Part shown: one piece after another, positions 38,661 through 51,695 of the stretch | Numbering within the stretch: the first letter of the stretch is position 1 | Layout of the letters: every line of letters starts with the position of its first letter | Assembly (NCBI GenBank): GCA_038087875.1 | Contig: CM075993.1 | Span: forward strand, 7,008,001-7,072,000 | Origin: Malacoraja senta | Taxonomy: Eukaryota | DNA length: 64,000 bases | Direction of reading: 5' to 3' | Translations under genes and position numbers: made by a program | The notes under the pieces: generated by a model | What the model was told of the DNA's origin: nothing | Seen by the model: only the letters and a program-made list of their open reading frames with translations | The model's database searches: none

Positions 38661-40504
38661 TTTTCACAATGGGATGTTCAAACCAAGTGTCCTTCAGTAT
38701 GTTCTTGGATTGCTGTTGAGGGAGAGTTCCTCTGTGTGGTTACTCAATTTAGTACAGTATGCTGTTAAATGATCTGGTCCTGGCAGAGGTCTCCTTTGAC
38801 CTGGCAGCCAGCCTTATGAAAGCAGTAAGTTTTCTGTGACTACATTTGGCCACAAAATATTTGCATCTGGTTCTGGCCTCCATCCACTCAACTAACCTCA
38901 ATATAAATGTCCCTTTCTCACATTCATTGCTGAATGTTTCCCTCTCTGTTCTGCCTTTCTTATTAAAATGTACCTCATGTTTGTTTGTTCACTTTCTCTT
39001 TCACGTTTGTTTAATCCCAGGGTAAAGACAGCAGCCAATATGTTTTACTGGTTTGAAGTAGATTGCAGGAGGAGAGATCATTGAAATTAGAGAGAAACTG
39101 GATTCTAGTTTCAGACGAGGAAGAAATTAGGGATTGTTTAGTTTGTACGTTTAGCATGAATTTAACATGAAGTGGGAATTATATGGCATTCCGTGTCTGG
39201 TCCTGCATTTGCAAATTTGTTTGTGCATGGTGTCCAAAATGGTGGGTTGGGACAGATCTATGATCTAGGGCCTTTTAGCTGGAATAATAAAATGGATCAT
39301 GATACATTGCGAAAGGATATAATTGAATGTAATACTCAAATTAATGTGGCAATCCAACAACCTTCTGGGATTAGGGCCTATTGCCTGTTTCGGTTTAATT
39401 TGAATTATATTGGATTTCTATAATTAAATGATTCATGTACCATTGGAATAAGCATCCAGTATGTACAACTTTTCTTTAACTTTATTTTTCCACGATCGAG
39501 ACATTAATGAAAACCCAGCATTTATTACCCATCCTAATTGCTCTTGTAGATGGTGACGAGTAGTTGCCTTGAACTACTGCAGTCCCTCTGATGAATGTAC
39601 TCAGTGTTGTTTCAGGAGTTCCAGGCATTTGTCCCAGCAACAATAAAGCATTATCAATATTTCTCCAAACCAGGTTAATAAGTAAACTGGAGAGGTACCT
39701 ACAGGTGGTGATATTCTCATATGCCAGTTGAACTTGTTCTCCTTGGTGGAGATGTCACAGGTTTGAGTGATGCTGTTAAAGTAGCCAAATGATAACCATA
39801 CATTCCCGCGTGGATATTGATGCGTAATATTCTTCCAATTAAAAAAAAACCTACATTAACTCCTGCACAAGCAAGGTGAATAATGTGCCAATATTTTTGA
39901 TATTTGTGCATATTGAATTCATTATGTAAAGATAAGTATGCGAGTAAAGAGCACTTTTTTCCCATTTTGTTTTGCTGGTGCTTCTGGAACATAGAACATA
40001 TAACAGTACAGCACAGGAACAGGCCCTTCAGCCCATGTCTGCACTGACCATGATGCCAATCTAAACTATACAACTGAACTATTATCTTCCGCATTGGTGA
40101 CACTTGGACTGTGCTTGAGCGGACTTTGCTGGCTTTACCTTGCACTAAATGTTATTCCTGCGAATTTTGGGCTCGTGGTGGGTTTGAATGATTTGAAAGG
40201 TGCCTGTTGCTGAGACATTGCTGCAGTTTCGTTATAGCGGCAAAGTCGCCATCTTAGAGGACAAAATCCATTATTTTTAAAAATGATCCATTGGACCAGG
40301 TTGTGCAAACTTTGAATGGTGTAAAGATTTATAATGGAAGTTGTACAAGTATCAGCTGTGAGATCAAGAATGTATAAATGCAGAGATTAGAGTCATAGAG
40401 TCATAAAAGTGGAAAAGGGCCCTTTGGCCCAACTTGCCCCATCTGCACTAGTCCCACCTGCCCTGCGCATGGCATAAACCATCTCAAAACCTATCCATGT
40501 ACCA

Positions 40505-40832
40505 TGTAAACATGTTCCCGATGTTGGGGGAGTCCAGATCCAGGGGCCACAGTTTAAGAATAAGGGGTAGGCCATTTAGAATGGAGATGAGGAAAAACTT
40601 TTTTACCCAGAGAGTTGTGAATCTGTGGAATTCTCTGCCTCGGAGGCAGTGGAGGCCAATTATCTGGATGCTTTCAAGAGAGAGTTAGATAGAGCTCTTA
40701 AAGATAGCGGAGTCAGAGGATTTAGTGAGAAGGCAGGAACGGGGTACTGAATGTGGATGATCAGCCATGATCACAGTGAATGGTGGTGCTGGCTCGAAGG
40801 GCCGAATGGCCTACTCCTGCACCTATTGTCTA
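40505..40832 (+). mobile_element. CR1 3' fragment nested in an opposite-strand CR1 tail (about 40389-40905)
   Basis: MFPMLGESRSRGHSLRIRG...FFTQRVVNLWNSLP motif and typical tail. Confidence 0.88.
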
Positions 40833-41377
40833 AATGTCTCTTAAATGTTATGTATCTCTCAACTACCTCCTCCGGCAGCTCGTTCCATATACCCACAACC
40901 CTTGATTAGTTAAATATTTAGTTGTGGTCAAGTAATATTCAATTTGTATAAACTTTAATGAAGATGGAGGAAAGGCAGACTAGAACTAATATTTTTTTTG
41001 TGAAGCCTTGGAACCAAGAAGGAAATGGCCAATTTGATTTAATAGCAGCCTAACTGTGCATAAATGCAAAATTAACTGCAATAAAAAATGATCACATTCA
41101 GAGGTATGTTTAGAAGGAAGTAATATAAACAGTTATTAAGATAGTAGACATTGGAATGTCTGTCTTCTACTAGATAAGATAGATATTTCACAGTAAACCA
41201 ACCAAGTCGACTAAATGACGAAATGAGAGCAGAATTGTGAGTGATATCAGCAAAAAAACCCGATATGGAATTAGTTGATACCTTTTGGGTGAGGGAACTA
41301 TTTTCCCAAAAATCCGTTGATGACAAAAGGGATCAATAGCATGAAACAGACGGAAAACGTATACATAAACATACAAT

Positions 41378-42358
41378 AATAATAATAATAATAAATTTTA
41401 TTTGTGGGCGCCTATACAAAAGTCTCAAGGACACCTTACAGAGTTTAACAAAGAAACAAATAGTCGGGGTAAAATAAGTTATAAAGACATTACCAATACA
41501 CAAATGAAAGACAGAATTCAATCCAAAGACACAAAAAAGAAAATCAGAAACACAATGTGAGGAGAGAGCAGCGGCAGCTAAACCGCGCCAGCGTCCACTC
41601 TCCCCTCAGACCGCCATTTTGGACACAGACTAACATAGACACAACACACAAAAATCATCCCCCCACAATGGTTACCACTGTGGGGGAAGGCACAATGTCC
41701 AGTCCCCGACCTCAGTTCACCCCAAGTCAGGCCTATTGAGGCCTCCGCTGTTGCCTCTACGGAGGCCCGATGTTCCTGGCCGTTCTCACCGGGTGATGTT
41801 GCCCCGGCATCGGGAGAGTCCTCACAGCGGCTGGGCCACCTGGAACGGCCGCATTCCTCACCGGAGGCCGCAGCTACCGAAGCCGACAAGGCCGCGCCGG
41901 TTTGGAGCTCCAAGGCTCCCGATGTTAAAGTCGGCGCCGCCCGATCCTCTCCGCAGTCCCGCAGCCCGGAGGTGTTGACCTCGGCGGTCACAGCTTACCG
42001 GAGCTCCAGCGCGGCGATCCAGCACGGCGATCCAGGCAAGGCATCGCCCGCTACGCTCCGCGACAGCGCTCCAGCACTGTGCCGCCACCGAAGCCGAGGT
42101 GCAGGACGGTTCCCGCCAGGAAACGGCACTCCAGGCCCGCTGGTAGGCCACGAGGACGGGTCGACGAGGCAGCCCGGAGAAAAAGCTGCCTCACCAACCA
42201 GGTAGGGACCTAGAAATGTCGTTGCCCCCTTCACCAAACATTACAAAGTAGAATAGCTCCTACAAACAAAACGGAGACTCACTAAAACAGTTTTTTAAAA
42301 GTGATTTAAACGGACGGCTGCTGGTTAGCAGCTGTTCCCCAAGATGGCTCCTCCTACA
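41378..42358 (-). mobile_element. ~1-kb GC-rich non-coding retroelement with an L2-type 3' tail
   Basis: Minus strand ends TGTAAGGTGTCCTTGAG...GGCGCCCACAAATAAAATT(TAT)n, resembling the L2 tail at 8724-8781. Candidate TSD ATACAAT at 41371-41377 and 42359-42365. Confidence 0.7.
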
Positions 42359-43182
42359 ATACAATGTAGTGCAGATCCTGGTGATGGAGAAAGATAACAA
42401 AATAGTGTCAAAGTAGTAAGACCCTCTGAAAATAGATGCCACAGTAGAGGTAGAGCAGCTGCCTCACGGCAGCAGAGACCCGGGTTCGATCCTGGCCACT
42501 TGAATGGAATATCAAAACGTGGTAACCGTAAAGATTGTTATATTCACAAAGAAACAATATGGACCTCGTGAAAATTGATGAGAATAAATGAAACAAAATA
42601 AACATTTAACACCAGATTTTAATACGAAAGGAAAGGGTTAACATGCTGGATATTCTGAGGGAACAATATTGAATCAGAGATGAGGACGGCAGAATTCATG
42701 TAAATAATATCAGTGAGTGAAAATGGTGCTTAAGGATGTCAAATCCCTGAAAATAATTATGGTTTCTAATCTAAGAATTCAAAGATAGTGCAGTAATGCC
42801 AATATTGCACTTGCTGCAGGTTAACATATGAGTTAACAGTGGGTGTGAACATATGATGAACATTTGACGGCACTCTACGAAAATTATTTTGATTTGGGGA
42901 CTACTCACTCCTTTTACTGAGTGGCAAAAACCTCAGTTTGTCACTGCTATCTAACAAAGGTGATAAATGGAAACCAGGGGATTAGAGACCAGTTAAACTA
43001 ATGTCTGCTGATGGAAATTCCGTGAGTCCATAATTAAAGACTGACGGAACACTGTGATCGTTTTCAATGAATGAGGGAAAGCCAACATTGAAAAGATGGG
43101 TCATGCCAGATGAGTTTTGGCTAATTCTTTCAGAATTAACTGAAATAGCAAATAAGGGAATAACTTGATTATATTTGAAGAT

Positions 43183-43718
43183 TTAGTTTAGTTTATTGTC
43201 ATGTGTACCTAGGTACAGTGAAGAGCTTTTGTTGCGTGCTAATCAGTCAGCAGAAAGACAATACATGATTACAATCGAGCCATCCACGGCATACAGTTAC
43301 ATGATAAATAGAATAACGTGAATAATGTTTAGTGCAAGGTAAAGTCCGATTAAAGATAGCCCGATGGTCCCAATGAGGTAGATAGCAGCCGAGGACTGCT
43401 CTCTAGTTGTTGGCAAGACGGTTCAGTTGCTTAATAGCTGGGAGGAAACTGTCCCTGAATCTTGAGATGTGCATTTTCACACTTCCATACCTCTTGCCTG
43501 ATAGGAGAGGGGAGAAGAGGGAGTGACTCATCCATGATTATGCTGGTGGCCTTGCTGAGGCAGCATGAGGTGTAAATGGAGTCAATGGAAGGGAGTTTGG
43601 TTTGTGTGATGGTCTCGACTGCGCCCACAATTCTCTGCAATTTCTTGCGGTCTTAGATGGAAATGTTCCCAACCATGCTGTGATGCATCCGGATAAAATG
43701 CTTTCTACAGCACATCTG
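43183..43718 (-). mobile_element. Rex1/Babar-clade LINE 3' fragment inside an older decayed CR1 (about 42500-44760)
   Basis: ORF 43431-43640 QRIV..ITQTKLPSIDSIYTS.CLSKA..II.D; tail ...GTACCTAGGTACATGACAATAAAC(TAAAC)n. Confidence 0.75.
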
Positions 43719-44812
43719 GGTGAAGTCCTTAACGATCGTTGACTTTTGCGGTATCTTAATGTGGAATTGAAGTCATATTAGCAACCTGATTTGTAGAATT
43801 GGGGGAGACAGTTGAGACAATGAATCCAATTAACAACATGTAACTACTGATATGTGACCTTGAACTATTTGCCTTATTTATTAATGACACATTATGGAAT
43901 GGACATCCAAGTTTGATAACAACACTAGCATAATGATAATAGGTGTAATGAGCATTTTTTGGGGGAATAAATATATATATTAATAGGCTAAGTGATTACA
44001 CAAAGGTACAGTAAGCAGAACTCTGTATGGGCAAACATGAAGTCCACCACTTTGGGCACAGATAGAACAGTATTTTCTAAATCATGAATCACCAAAGATG
44101 CAAAGTTTCTTGAATGACCACATACATAGTTGATTAAAATGTCCTGGGCATGTAGAAAGAATGATAAAGAGAAGAACTGGATGTCAACTGGAATGCATTG
44201 GGATAGGTGGGAGACGGTTATTCAATCTGTCGTTAGACCATATGGGACTGAGTTATAGAATGATTTGATAGAAGTATTCAAAATATAAGGGGCCAAATTT
44301 GGAGAGAAAAAAAATAGATGATGTAAATCTGAAATAAAAATAGAAAATGCTGGAAGCAGTCAGCTGGTCAGGCCGCATCTGGACAAAAACAGTTTACATT
44401 CTAGGTCCAAAATCTATCATCAGCACAGAGAAAGAACGTTTTTTTAAACATCCTTTTTTTAAAGATACAAGGGTTTTGATGGATAAAGGGAGATTCTTCC
44501 CATAGATTGGTAGTCTGGGACATGGAACTATATTCTAAAAATTAAAGCCAGGCATTTTGGGAGTGAAATTTAGGAACACTCAGGTGATGATAGACGTTTA
44601 GAATGTCTCTTTGCAAATGGCAATTAATGTTAGAATAACTGCTAATTTTAAATCTCTGATTAATGGACTGTTGTCCAGAATTGTTGAGGGATACAGGGCA
44701 AATTTGTGTCACAGATGATCAGTGATCTTATTAAACTCCAGAACAAACTCAAGGGACCGAATAACTTAGTCGTGTTGTGTGCTCATGGAGGGAAAATCTA
44801 CTATGAGGATAT

Positions 44813-45305
44813 CATGGTCACCATGTTATAGGAAAGATGTTGTTAAGCTGGAACGGGTGCAGAGAAGATTCACGAGGATGTTGCCAACACTCAAGGGCCT
44901 GAGCTACAGGGAAATGTTGAGCACGCTAGGACTTTATGCCTTGGTGCGCAGGAGGGTGAGGGGTAATTTTATACAGGTGTACAAGATCATGAGAGGAATA
45001 GAATGCACAGAGTAGGGGAAATCAGGAACAAGATGACATAGAATTAAGGTGAGGGAAGAAAGATTTAATATGAATTTAAGAGGTGACATTTTGGCACAAA
45101 GGGTGGTGGGTAAATGTAACAAACTGCTGAAGGAGGAAGTTGAGGCTGGTGCTGTCATAACATTTAAGAGACATTTGAACAGGTACATGGATAGATTTAG
45201 TGTTATGGACCAATCACGGGCAGGTGGGTTTAGTATAGATATGACCTGTTTGTCGGCGTGGGCAATTTGGGCCGAAGCACATGTTTCCACAGTGTATGAC
45301 TCTGA
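44813..45305 (+). mobile_element. CR1-clade LINE 3' fragment
   Basis: WSPCYRKDVVKLERVQRRFTRMLP motif. Confidence 0.88.
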
Positions 45306-46774
45306 TTCTATCACTGAAAAATGAACCAACGGTAGTTTTCTCCACTGAGGTGATTTCATGGAAACGTATGATTGGGTTTAAAATTAAATAAGACATGGGG
45401 AATATCAGATGTGGCACAAATCAATGCTCTGAGTGTAAACATACATATGAGCTTCAGATAAACTGTAAAAAGAAATTACTGAAATGTCAGTCAGTTTTTC
45501 AAACTATATTACAGGTGAGTGACTTTATTGTAGAGGCAAGGAACTGTAGATGCTGGTTTACAAAACAAAATAAGCAAAGTGCTGGAGTAACTCAGCATCC
45601 CTGGAGAACATGGATAGGCAAAATCCCGGGTCCGAATTCTTCCCCAGGATTGAGTCTGGGAAAGGGTCCCAACCTGAGCCATCACCTATTCATGTTCTCC
45701 AGAGATGCTGCCTAACCTGCTGAGTTACTCCAGCACTTTGTGTATTTTGTTTTTGAAAAGTAACTTAATTCATGGATGAAGACCTCTGGACATGCATATA
45801 CCCTGTACTGTTGCTGTTTTGTTTTATCCTTTGAATTTCTTTTCAAGGATGTTTAGATATTTAGAACAGTCCTTCTGCAGGGGGTGGTTTTGGCTGGAAT
45901 TAATTACCTTCTGCAAGTTAATTCATCATTGGGTATAAATCATGTGGATTTTTAAGAAATCTTCGTGAAGGAAGGGAAAACACTAAAGTATAGTAAATCC
46001 TAGAAATACGGAGCAGGTCATTGAACATAAAACCATACAGCACTGGAGCAGGCTCTTGCCAATCTCTATGCCAGCCATGTTGCTGCTTCAAACTTGTCCA
46101 ATCTGCCTGCACATGGACCATTTTCATCATTCCCCATCTATTCACACGCTTGTCTAAGTGTTAGATTTTTAATAATTAAATATTTTACTGTCTATTGTAT
46201 TTTTAAAACTAAACTGAAGCCTGCTTACCAAAATGGAAGTTTGTAGTACACAATATTGGGTTTGATTTCACTCTGCTGTGAGGATGGAAAATTGACCTGT
46301 TGTTTACCTTAAGTTGCAGGCAACCAAGCTGATTCAAACCTATCAGAGTAGGAACTTGATTCTTCTAAGTTACGTAGGATGTTTTTTGTGTTAGATACAG
46401 AAGAGTTGAAGGTCAGTTGAGAGGAAGGGAGTTAAAGTAGACCTTGGAACTAGAGCTGTTGGATAGAGATCCAAAAACAAAACATGCTTGATGAAGATGA
46501 TCACAGGGCACTCGCAGCAGGTTACCCAAGAGCAGCCAGCGACTCCAACTGAGTCACTTATCTCCCATACACCAAACAACTTCCAAAATCCAAAGAAAAA
46601 GATTTTCCATACCATATCGGTTCCAGTTGGTCAAACTGGGGTGCAAGTAATGTGGATTAGAATTACAATGATGGCTGTCGAGGAGGGTTATAAGGGATTG
46701 CTGTTTCTGTTTCCTTTGATCTTATTTGAGTTGATCATATATACAAGCTGACCCAGGTAACAAACAACTTACAG

Positions 46775-47110
46775 TGGGTGGGATAGTAGCGCAGCTGGTA
46801 GAGCTGCTATTTCACATCCCTGGAGAACATGGATAGGCATGGATGTCAGAGATCCGAATCCATTCCTGACCTCGGGTGCTGTCTGTGTGGAGTTTGCACG
46901 TTCTCCCTTTGTCCGCATAACTTTCCTCTGGATGCTCCAGTTTCCTTCCACATCCCAACGACATCCAGATTTGGATGTTAATTGGCCTCTGTAAATTGCC
47001 CCGGTATGTCAGGAGTGGATGAGAGAGTGGGATAACATAGCACTAGTTTATACAGGTGGTCGGCATGGACTCAGTGGACCAAAGGGTCTGTTTCCATGCT
47101 GTATCTCTTT
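46775..47110 (+). mobile_element. tRNA-derived V-type SINE
   Basis: GCGCAGCTGGTAGAGCTGCT head, GTGGAGTTTGCACGTTCTCC core, CR1-like tail. Confidence 0.75.
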
Positions 47111-47983
47111 TTAAAAAAAAAAAAAAGAAACTTTGCAGGTGCTCGCAAGTCAGTCTTGTCAGGAAGTACACAGATATCACAGACTCAAAGGGCCGAATGG
47201 CCTACTCCTGCACCTATTTTTATTTTGTTTTTATTTTTTTTAACCATACCTCCATAGTATGGCAATAAATGGCATCAAAGCCATACAAGAATGTTAAGAA
47301 AGAACAGTTACTCTGTGAATGAGAGGGGAATCTAGTTCTGCCATTTGAGAATTAAGAGTATTTAATTGTGAAATGTACAAGGGAATAATGAAATCCATAC
47401 TTGCAGCAGCAGAATAGGCCTGCACCACAATTCACATAGTTTTGAGTGAACACAAATTGCATGAATTAATAACCCCAGTACTAGCCCTGGTTAATTTGTG
47501 GGAACAAACCTGTGTATGAATGCCAGACATTTCAATTTAATAATATTATGGGAGCTCATTCATATGTAAGGATGTCCATAAATCAGGCATTCAGAACATA
47601 GGGTTGACCTGAAATATTTTCAGCAGAAAATTAAGGTGGCTGAATTTATTTGTGCTAAAGGAACAATATAAATCTGTATCTGGTGACTTCGAAATTAGCT
47701 ATGTTGGGTTGTTTCAACCGGCATCATAATCACCAAGTGCGACAGCATAAATACTTGCTACATGCATAATTATACTCTTTGATGTCTTATGACTTCTGAT
47801 TATTACCAGCCATCTGTCTTGTATTAATATTAAAGAATCAATTTGAGTCTCTACTTTCTTATGTAATATTTTTGTGTGTGGGTGGTTCAGTGTGCTATGT
47901 TGCTGTGTGAAAGACTTGTAAGGAGCAGACTTTCTAAACACTCATGATGTTCACAAACCATTATTTCCAATTAAATGCGAGTT

Positions 47984-48122
47984 CTTCTTCTTCTTGCGTA
48001 TGGCGTGCACAGCCTAAAGTTGTAGGACAACTTGTCCTGTTTGATCTTCTGTTTGTGCACGTCAGGTTGATTGCATTTGTCAAAACAGGGTGGACCACGT
48101 GAAGGTTGCAATCTCCCACCCC
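47984..48122 (-). mobile_element. 139-bp non-autonomous retroposon (Ingi/Vingi-like (AAG)n tail) headed by an HDV-like ribozyme
   Basis: 11-bp TSD AAATGC(G/A)AGTT at 47973-47983 and 48123-48133. Minus strand ends CCATACGC(AAG)n. No tRNA A/B boxes. Confidence 0.85.
48069..48122 (-). ncRNA. Minimal HDV-like self-cleaving ribozyme (54 nt)
   Basis: RNA: GGGGUGG GA GAUUGCA ACC UUCACGU GGU CCACCCU GUUUUGA CAAA UGCAAUC. P1 is 7 bp with a G1-U wobble, P2 is 7 bp perfect, P3 is 3 bp with a 7-nt L3 fitting UYCNCGY. Candidate catalytic C at 48079. Confidence 0.82.
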
Positions 48123-49644
48123 AAATGCAAGTTGAATACCATATAGAAGTAAAGGGGAAATTGCTTTGGCTCAATTTGCACCTATTTCCAAACAGCCTTG
48201 TTTAATTTGAAGCCGTTGAGCAATAAAAATTACAATGGCAGATAAAATAGGGATTAAAGTGGCTTAATCCCTATCACTAAACCATTGTTTAGCGTTCGCC
48301 CCTTGTAGAGATGGGGAGGAGACAGAGGGAGGCTGGTTTGCTTGATGAACCGGCTACAATTTCTTGCCATTTTGGGAGAGCAATTGCCATATCAAATGAG
48401 ATGCATCTGGATAGAATGCTTTCTATAGTGGCATTTGTTGAAATTGGTTAGATTTATTGGAGACTTGCAAAACCCTTAGCGTTCTGAGGAAATTGAGGCA
48501 TTATTTTGGCCCTAGCATCAATGTTGTTGGACCATGACAAATTACTTTTGGTATTTACACCCAGGAGCTTGAAACTCTACAGCATCTCGACCTCCATACC
48601 CTTGATAAAGACTAGGGGTGTACTTCACCAAGCTTCTTGAGGTCAATTGCCAGGTGCTTTATTTTGCTGACATTAAGGAAGAGGCTTTAAATAAAAGTCC
48701 AGACCCAAAATGTTATGTAATCTATAACAACCCCTCCCCTGTGTCCCACTAGACTCGCACCCATTTCTCCCAATCTATGTCCTACGTTATCTACGTTCCA
48801 TTCTCTGGCTTCACAATTTGCAACACTTCAATCCTGTTGTCGCTCACATTTTTATCATCACTGGCCTTTATTACAACCATCAGCCCCCCGCCTCACCCCC
48901 CCCCTCACCTGTGTTCACCTATTACCTGCCACACTTTGTCCTGCCCTTCCTTCTCCTCCAGCTTTCTTCCTGCTCTCCCACAATCAGTCTGAAGAAGGGT
49001 CCGTCCCAAATTGTCCCGTTCTGTAGGAATGCTTCCTGACCCACTAAGTTACTCCAGCACATTGTGCCTTTTTCTTGGTTTTCTTTGGTATTGGGGTGAT
49101 AGTGGTCTTCTAAAAGCAAGTGAGAACGTCAGAATGGAATGGAGTGTGTATAAAGAGGCCTGAATTCTCCTGTTAGCTGGTTTGTGCTGGTTCTGATAAT
49201 CGGGTCCCATGTTCTTTTCTAAAACCAGTGCTGAAAGTGAAGTTGTTAAATTTTGTGAAGAATGAGCACTTCATGTTCATAAACCGACCTCATGCTGCCT
49301 TCATTTTTGCCAGTGTTTACGGCTGTAAGTTGCTATGTTAATATTTCTGTCAACTGTCACAAGGTAACTGCAGATTTTGACCAAGAGCAAATGTGCGATT
49401 GGTCTTTCAGCTCTATTGGGCTGACTGGCTTCCTCCTTGAATTTCAGGTTATTTCCTTTAGTTTGAACTTTAACTGGAAAGTTATAAAATATAGTTTTGT
49501 GTTACCATTGTTGCTGAGTTTTCCTGTGAAATACTCCAGCAAGAGAGGTTATTTTACAGTTCTTTCCCACTGGGACATAATGAACTTAAGTGACTGTGTA
49601 AGAAGTTTGCAATGATAAATAATATGTTCTTCAAATGTGAAGTT

Positions 49645-50110
49645 TAGTTTCAAGATACAGAACAGAAACAGGACCTTTGGCCCACCGGGTCTGTGCCGAC
49701 TAGCAATCCCGACACACTAACACTATCCTTCACACACTAGGGACAATTTACAATTATATCAAGCCAATTAATCTATAAACCTGTACGTCTTTAGAGTGGA
49801 ACAAAACCGGAGATCCCGGAGAAAACCCACGCAGGTCATGGGGAGAACGTGCAAACTTTGCACAGACAAGCACCCGTAGTCAGGATCGAACCCACTCTCT
49901 GGCGCAGTAATGGGCCTGTCCTACTTTTTCGGTGATTTTTTTCGGCGACTGCCAGCACCCGTCATAATCGCAGCAGGTCGCCGAAAATTTTCAACATGTT
50001 GAAAATCCAGCGGCGACCAGAAAAAGGTACGACTACTCACAACCATGCAGGCGCGTACAGGGACAGGCCCATAAGGCAGCAACTTTACCGCTGCGCCACC
50101 TTGCCGCCCA
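49645..50110 (-). mobile_element. tRNA-derived V-type SINE interrupted by a MITE
   Basis: Same family as 56167-56462; GGCGC(A/T)GTAA|GGCAGCAA is split at TAA. Confidence 0.8.
49911..50071. mobile_element. PIF/Harbinger-type MITE
   Basis: 11-bp TIRs TGGGCCTGTCC/GGACAGGCCCA. TAA TSD at 49908-49910 and 50072-50074. Central 20-bp palindrome at 49987-50006. Confidence 0.85.
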
Positions 50111-51474
50111 AACAGTTCTACACAAAATGAAAATAGCTGGCCTCTAGTCCTCTAATCAGTCTGAAGCAGCATAGGAGAATGCTTAACCACAGCCCGAAAT
50201 AGCACAAATGTATTGCACATCTGGTAATTTTGTGTACAAATGCCGACTTCAGATAATTAACACCCAAGGCACAAAACCAGGTGCAATAGAAATTATCGGT
50301 ATAAACATGTTACGCAGTCTGAATTTTTTTAAACAATTTTTTTTTTAAATTTGAATTAACCAAGAATAGTTATTTAACATCTGAAGTAGAATTAGTTGAT
50401 TATATAATAAAAATAATACAATTCATTGTTTCTAGACTGCCCATGGGACAGAAGTGATTGGTTGGCAGTCATATCACTGGAGCTGACATGCAGAAAAGTG
50501 GCTGAGTTCGAGGAGTTGTAGAGCATCTGGAACAAAGAAAACGTTTGTAAGTTAATCTTGTATTCTTTCTCATTGGTTAAAGAAAGTCAATTAAGTGTCA
50601 TTTTGATTTGTAACACTAATTCCTTTGAGTTCAAAGGTTCAAACCATGGCTCAGGGCATGAGGCTATAAAGTAAGATGGCATTTTGATGCAATGTAGAGG
50701 GGATGTCAGAAACACTATTAACTTGATGAAAAATCACAGTGAGGACCTGTTTGCTTCCTTGGAGATCCAATGACACCATTCAAAGATCCTCCATTTCCTG
50801 CCCAACATTGCAACCAATCCACCAAACAAGACTAGATTGATTTAAGAGATCCTGTTACTCTCTGAAGAACCTTGCTGCCACAATCTTGATGCAGCTTTTT
50901 TTTAAAGGAGTAATTTATTGGTTGGTAAGTGCTGTGTGAAGCCATAAAGATGTGTTGTGTGTGTGTGTTTATAAAAACATTATTTATTCACTTCAAGTAA
51001 TCATTTTAAGATTGTTGAACCTGTGTACTTTTCCTCCTGCTCCCTGTGTGTACAAACAGAAATACCACGGTTTCTTGTTTCGGAATTTAGTTGGCCTTGC
51101 CTTTCCTTTTGTGTCATGTTAATCTGTTTTCTTTTCAGACTTTCTTCCCCTTTCACTCCCTTATTCTTCCATTTTCTTTTATTAATTATTCCCTCAACAT
51201 TCCCACAGATGTTAATTGAAACATTGACACCAAGCACGTTGCAAGCCAACTTTTATTTCAGAAACTTAGTTGCTATTCTCCATGATTATGGTGATTCTCT
51301 TGGAAGATGCAATCAAAGCGCCCTTACACACTGTGATGAAAGTGCAATGCTTTACAGATCTTTACATTTTCACTTTAAGCATAATGATTGGAGATTTTTT
51401 CTTGTAAAACATTACATTTTTTTGCCCTATATGCTTTATTTATTTTACAAATGCACTGTCTTTAGTCTTCTTAG

Positions 51475-51695
51475 AATCTGTTGAATTCATTGCCACAGAC
51501 GGCTGTGGAGGCTAAGTCATTGGGTATCTTGAAATCAGAGATTGACAGATTCCTGATTAGTAAGGGTGTCAAAGGCTGTGGGGAGAAGGCAGGAAAATGG
51601 GGTTGAGAGGGAAAGATAGATCAGCCATGATTGAATGGTGGCGTAGACTCGATGGGCTGAATGGCTTGATTCTGCTCCTATGACATGGACTTATG
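51475..51695 (+). mobile_element. CR1 3' end fragment
   Basis: GAATTCATTGCCACAGACGGCTGTGGAGGC...GGGCTGAATGGC tail. Confidence 0.8.

Noticed and set aside
41700..42240. Second CpG island as a host promoter, and its overlapping ORFs
   Set aside because: It lies inside an element bounded by a retro-tail and candidate TSD; the ORFs are a GC-content artefact.
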